Origin: Octopus bimaculoides
Taxonomy: Eukaryota
Length of the DNA: 49,451 nucleotides
NCBI RefSeq assembly: GCF_001194135.2
Contig: NC_068989.1
Span: forward strand, 35,456,953 to 35,506,403
Reading direction: 5' to 3'
Positions within the stretch are counted from its first letter, which is position 1; every line of letters starts with the position of its first letter. The translations under genes were made by a program, and so were the position numbers. The notes beneath the pieces are model-generated. The model was not told the origin of the DNA and did not search any database. It saw only the letters and a program-made list of their open reading frames with translations. Of this stretch, positions 45,801 to 49,451 are shown one piece after another.

Positions 45801-48108
45801 CATATAACTACTTTAAGGGTGAAGCAGAAAAGAAGTTTGCCAATGTCCAGCGATGTGAGGGCCAAAGAACTGAAGTATTTCAGATTGCAAGGCAGTGTGT
45901 GAGAGAAAATTGTGATGTCACAAGAGAAAAATGAGTCTGCATGGATGATGGTGTGCTTGCTTTTAATGATTCGGTAAAGAAAGAGACTTGGAGAAGCCAT
46001 TATGAAAGACTGCTGAATGTGGAGAATGATTGGGAGGAGGAGAGCCTGCCAAATGTTGACCCAGTAGAGGGACCAGCTATCTGAATAGACAGCACTCTAG
46101 TAGATAAAGGAATTAAGGGTATGAAGCCAGGAAAAGCTCTCGGCCCATCAGGAATCACTGCTGAAATGCTTAAAACATCTGGTGGTGTGGGCTATGGCCT
46201 AGTCACCCATATTATAAACCAGGTAGTTCATGATGGAGTCATACCCAATGACTGGCGTAACAGCACCATAGTCAACTGCCACAAAGGTAAAGGTGATGCT
46301 TTAGATAGAAATAACTACAGGGGTATCAAACTGTTGGATCAGGTGATGAAGGTCATGGAGAGGGTCATAGCCCAACTAATTAGGGAGAGAGTCTGCTTAG
46401 ATGAGATGCAGTTTGGTTTTGTGCCAGGTAGAAGCACCACTGATGCTGTATTCCTGATACGGCAACTGGAGGAGAAATAACTAGCCAAAGATACACCCCT
46501 ATATTTGGCTTTTGTGGACTTGGAGAAAGCCTTTGACAGGGTCCCCCGATCCCTTATCTGGTGGGTGATGCGGAAACTGGGGACTGATGAATGGTTTAAT
46601 AAGGACTGTACAGGCCCTATACAGAGATGCTGTTAGCTGGGTTAGGATTGGAAATGAGTATAGTGAAGAATTCCGGGTAGAAATAGGGATCCACCAGGGA
46701 TCAGCCCTCAGCCCCCCTCTTATTCATCATAGTTCTCCAGGCAATAACAGAGGAATTCAAGACAGGTTGCCCCTGGGAGCTCCTCTATGCTGATGACCTA
46801 ACCCTCGTAGCAGAATCACTACTAGAACTAGAGAAGAAACTTCAAGTGTGGAAGCAAGGTTTAGAAACGAAGGGCCTTACAGTCAATGTTGCAAAGACCA
46901 AAGTTCTAGTAAGTAGGAAGGCGAACACATCACACACCCCTTCATGTAGGTGGCCCGGCTCGATCTGTAGAAAAGGTGTAGGTAGAAACTCCATAAGATG
47001 TACCCAGTGTAAGCTATGAACACATAAGATGTGCAGCAGCATCAAAGGAAGATTAACTGGGAAGCTAGCTTTTGTGTGCAGCAGATGCACAGAGGCAATA
47101 AACACCACAGACGCTCAGATAACAGACTCCATCTAATGCCAGTGGGCGAAACGAGAAGTAATTGATAGCTTCCACTACCTAGGTGAGCAAGTCTGTTGTG
47201 GGGGTGGATGCTCAGAGAGTGTTACCACTAGAATAAGAATAGCCTGGGCAAAGTTCAGCAAGCTTCTGCCCCTACTGGTGGCAAAGGGCCTCTTGCTCAG
47301 AGTGAAAGGTAGATTGTATGATGCATGTGTGCGAACTGCCATACTTCATGGCAGTGAAATATGGGCTGTGACTGCTGAAGACATGTGTAGGCTCAAAAGA
47401 ATTGAAGCTAGCATGATCCGCTGGATGTGTAATGTCAGTGTGCACACACAACACTGTAAGCACCCTGAGAGAAATGTTAGATATAAGAAGCATCAGATGT
47501 GGCGTGCAAGAGAGACGTTTGCATTGATATGGTCATGTACTGCGGATGGACGAGGAGAGCTGTGTGAAGAAGTGCCGCTTCCAAACAGTGGGGTAGAGGG
47601 AGACCCAGGAAGACATGGGATGAGGTGGTGAAGCATGACCTTCCGAACGTTGGGCCTCACAGAGGCAATGACAAAAGACCGTAACTGAAAAGACCCAGTA
47701 AATAAAGTGAGTCCACAGCTGTAACCTACACCAGTGTCGCATAACCAGCCCACTCAAAAGTACCTTGGATCGTAGGGCGACATGCCATGCTTGAGGAGAC
47801 CTATTGAGTCAAGTACATCAACATCAATATCAAAATCAAATCAAATTGAAATTGTAGTTGTGACCCCTGTGCTGGTAGCACGTAAAAAGCACCATCCAAT
47901 CGTAGTTGATGCCAGCTCCTCTGGCCCCTGTGCCGGTGGCCCATAAAAGCACCCACTACACTGTCGGAGTGGTTGGCATTAGGAAGGGCATCCAGCTGTA
48001 GAAACACTGCCAGATCAGATTGGGGCCTGGTGCAGCCTTCTGGCTTCCCAGACCCCAGTCAAACCATCCAACCCATGCCAGCATGGAAAACGAACGTTAA
48101 ACGATGAT
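45800..48108 (+). mobile_element. 5'-truncated RTE-clade LINE with disrupted RT and 3' UTR
   Basis: Reads KALGPSGI...NYRGIKLL...QFGFVPGRSTTDA...FVDLEKAFDRVP and YADDL (46786-46800), then FHYLG and LHGSEIW. Several stops and frameshifts. The tail ends CGTTAAACGATGAT. Confidence 0.92.
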
Positions 48109-48117
48109 AATTATGTA

Positions 48118-48172
<55 letters not shown>

Positions 48173-49049
48173 ATATATATATATATATATACATATTTGT
48201 TTTGCAAGATTTTTTATGTGAAATCGTGTGTTGAAACAGATGTTGTTGTACTTGGGGATGGTCATATTGCCAGTTTNNNNNNNNNNNNNNNNNNNNNNNN
48301 NNNNNNNNNNNNNNNNNNNNNNNNNNNNNNNNNNNNNNNNNNNNNNNNNNNNNNNNNNNNNNNNNNNNNNNNNNNNNNNNNNNNNNNNNNNNNNNNNNNN
48401 NNNNNNNNNNNNNNNNNNNNNNNNNNNNNNNNNNNNNNNNNNNNNNNNNNNNNNNNNNNNNNNNNNNNNNNNNNNNNNNNNNNNNNNNNNNNNNNNNNNN
48501 NNNNNNNNNNNNNNNNNNNNNNNNNNNNNNNNNNNNNNNNNNNNNNNNNNNNNNNNNNNNNNNNNNNNNNNNNNNNNNNNNNNNNNNNNNNNNNNNNNNN
48601 NNNNNNNNNNNNNNNNNNNNNNNNNNNNNNNNNNNNNNNNNNNNNNNNNNNNNNNNNNNNNNNNNNNNNNNNNNNNNNNNNNNNNNNNNNNNNNNNNNNN
48701 NNNNNNNNNNNNNNNNNNNNNNNNNNNNNNNNNNNNNNNNNNNNNNNNNNNNNNNNNNNNNNNNNNNNNNNNNNNNNNNNNNNNNNNNNNNNNNNNNNNN
48801 NNNNNNNNNNNNNNNNNNNNNNNNNNNNNNNNNNNNNNNNNNNNNNNNNNNNNNNNNNNNNNNNNNNNNNNNNNNNNNNNNNNNNNNNNNNNNNNNNNNN
48901 NNNNNNNNNNNNNNNNNNNNNNNNNNNNNNNNNNNNNNNNNNNNNNNNNNNNNNNNNNNNNNNNNTATATACCTAATATATAGATAAATGCATATATCCA
49001 TACATATATGTACATACCTACATCTATATGTATACATACATGCATATAT

Positions 49050-49451
49050 GGGTACAGGACATCAAAAAAAAACTCTCCTGCACTATTTTTAACACTTCTA
49101 TCGCCTTTCTTGATTTTCCAGTCAGCATTCATCACTCCACTCTCACCACCTCCATCCACTACAAATGCACCGACTCACACTTATACCTCAACTTCTCCTC
49201 CTCCCACCCTAAACACACCAAGCTCTCCATCCCCTACTCCCAATTCTTCCATCTGAGCAGGCTCTGCAATGACAACCATGACTTTGAAACTCTGTCTTGA
49301 CTCATGGCTCACCATTTCATCCTTCGTGGATATCCCCTTACCACTACCCACACTGCCCTTGCCAGAGCACGTTCTGTGGACCATGCATCTGCTCTCTCTC
49401 CCTGCACCTGCCCTGCCATCACCCATCTTCCCTCACCTACCACCCCTCCAC
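49050..49451 (+). pseudogene. Penelope-like RT C-terminal fragment (same type as 8690-10140)
   Basis: Reads FLDFPVSI...HYKCTDSHLYLNFSSSHPKHTKLSIPYSQFFHLSRLCND. Confidence 0.8.

Overview
Eukaryotic, AT-rich, repeat-dense animal DNA with nine N-gaps and many (TA)n/(TG)n/(ATC)n microsatellites. The tRNA-derived SINE families resemble those I recall from octopus, so a coleoid cephalopod is my inference, not a database result. One protein-coding gene is supported: the 5' part of AGL (glycogen debranching enzyme) on the + strand, with four coding exons (26726-26807, 32853-33075, 35179-35734, 37005-37113; 323 codons plus 1 nt), canonical GT-AG sites and intron phases matching human AGL as I recall them. 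The rest is transposon debris: Penelope-like elements (PLEs), RTE LINEs, Tc1/mariner, maT, Tigger, MITEs and SINEs. The main unexplained signal is a cluster of hammerhead-ribozyme (HHR) motifs from about six unrelated repeat families. The best is a highly base-paired ~366-nt unit at 1-375 containing a type I hammerhead with a compensatory U3-A8 core pair. An identical partial copy lies in an AGL intron at 45522-45758, so this is a candidate young retrozyme/circRNA family. All folds and alignments were done by eye, and no activity has been shown.
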